Shown in pieces: positions 63,401 to 64,000 of a DNA stretch of 64,000 bases. Each line of letters starts with the position of its first letter. The stretch's first letter is position 1. This DNA is from Mobula hypostoma (Eukaryota). The translations under genes were made by a program, and so were the position numbers. The stretch spans positions 4,218,001 through 4,282,000 of the forward strand of contig NC_086109.1 of NCBI RefSeq assembly GCF_963921235.1, written 5' to 3'. The notes below the pieces were generated by a model. It saw only the letters and a list, made by a program, of their open reading frames with translations, was not told the origin of the DNA and did no database searches.

Positions 63401-64000
63401 TCGGAAACCCCCATCACCGGGTACGGTCGGAGCAGAGACCCCGTCACCAGGTGCAGTCAGATCAGAGACCCTGTCACCGGGTGCAGTCAGAGCACAGACT
63501 CCGTCACCAAGTACAATCGTATCAGAGACCCCGTCACCGGGTACAGTCAGATCAGAGTCCCTGTCATCAGGTGCAGTCGGACTAGAGACCGCGTCATCAG
63601 CTGCAGTCGGAGCAGAGACCCCGTCACTAGGTACAGTCTGATCAGAGACACCGTCACCAGGTGCTGTTGGATCAGAGACCCCCGTCACCGGGTGCAGTCG
63701 GATTAGAGACCGCATCACCGGGTGTAGACGAGCAGAGACCTGTCACCCGGTATAGTTGGAGCAGACACCCTGTCACCGGTTACAGTCAGATCAGAGACCC
63801 CCGTCACCGGGTGCAATCGGAGCAGAGACCCTCATCATCGGGTACAATCGGAACAGAGACCCCGTCACCGGGTACTTTTGGAGCAGAGACACCGTCACCA
63901 TGTGCATTCGGATCAGAGACCCCGTCACCCGGTGCAGTCGAATCAGAGACCCTGTGACCGGGTACAGTTGGAGCAGAGACACTGTCACCTGGTACAGTCA
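57405..64000. repeat. 30/31-bp satellite/minisatellite array (consensus ~GAGACCCCGTCACCGGGTGCAGTCGGATCA), >6.5 kb, runs off the window
   Basis: Tandem units are directly visible, roughly 215 copies. An internal higher-order duplication has a ~1026-bp period. Confidence 0.97.

Noticed and set aside
57450..63988. Many long ORFs (up to 490 aa, e.g. 60137-61609) with ETPSPGAV/RDPVTG repeats
   Set aside because: They are by-products of a 30-bp stop-poor satellite: several frames on both strands are open, and 31-bp units shift the frame repeatedly.
57405..64000. CRISPR-like periodicity
   Set aside because: There are no unique spacers, the units are contiguous degenerate monomers, the context is eukaryotic, and no cas genes are present.

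Overview
A vertebrate window made mostly of repeats, with no convincing conventional protein-coding gene. The repeat inventory (CR1, Rex1/Babar, Penelope-like, V-SINE/HE1-like, RTE-related) suggests a cartilaginous fish, probably a ray; this is inference. The main functional content is a two-member miR-29 cluster on the + strand: a mir-29b-type hairpin at ~55813-55892 and a mir-29a/c-type hairpin at ~57269-57357. Both mature arms carry C at position 10, so the miR-29b copy combines the AGUGUU 3' motif with the miR-29a-type centre. A repeat-free, CpG- and CCAAT-rich island at ~15.0-16.7 kb and an 87-nt exon-like segment at 23372-23458 may be the promoter and first exons of the pri-miR-29 host transcript. 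A >6.5-kb 30/31-bp satellite starts ~50 bp after the second hairpin. The remainder is nested retroelements: two long, closely related CR1 copies in inverted orientation that share an ORF2 stop, Penelope-like ends carrying minimal hammerhead-ribozyme motifs (often as fold-back pairs), a CR1 with a 5' inversion, L1 3' ends with TSDs, solo LTRs, SINEs and tiny hAT MITEs. All family assignments were made by eye from remembered motifs, and most repeat boundaries are approximate.
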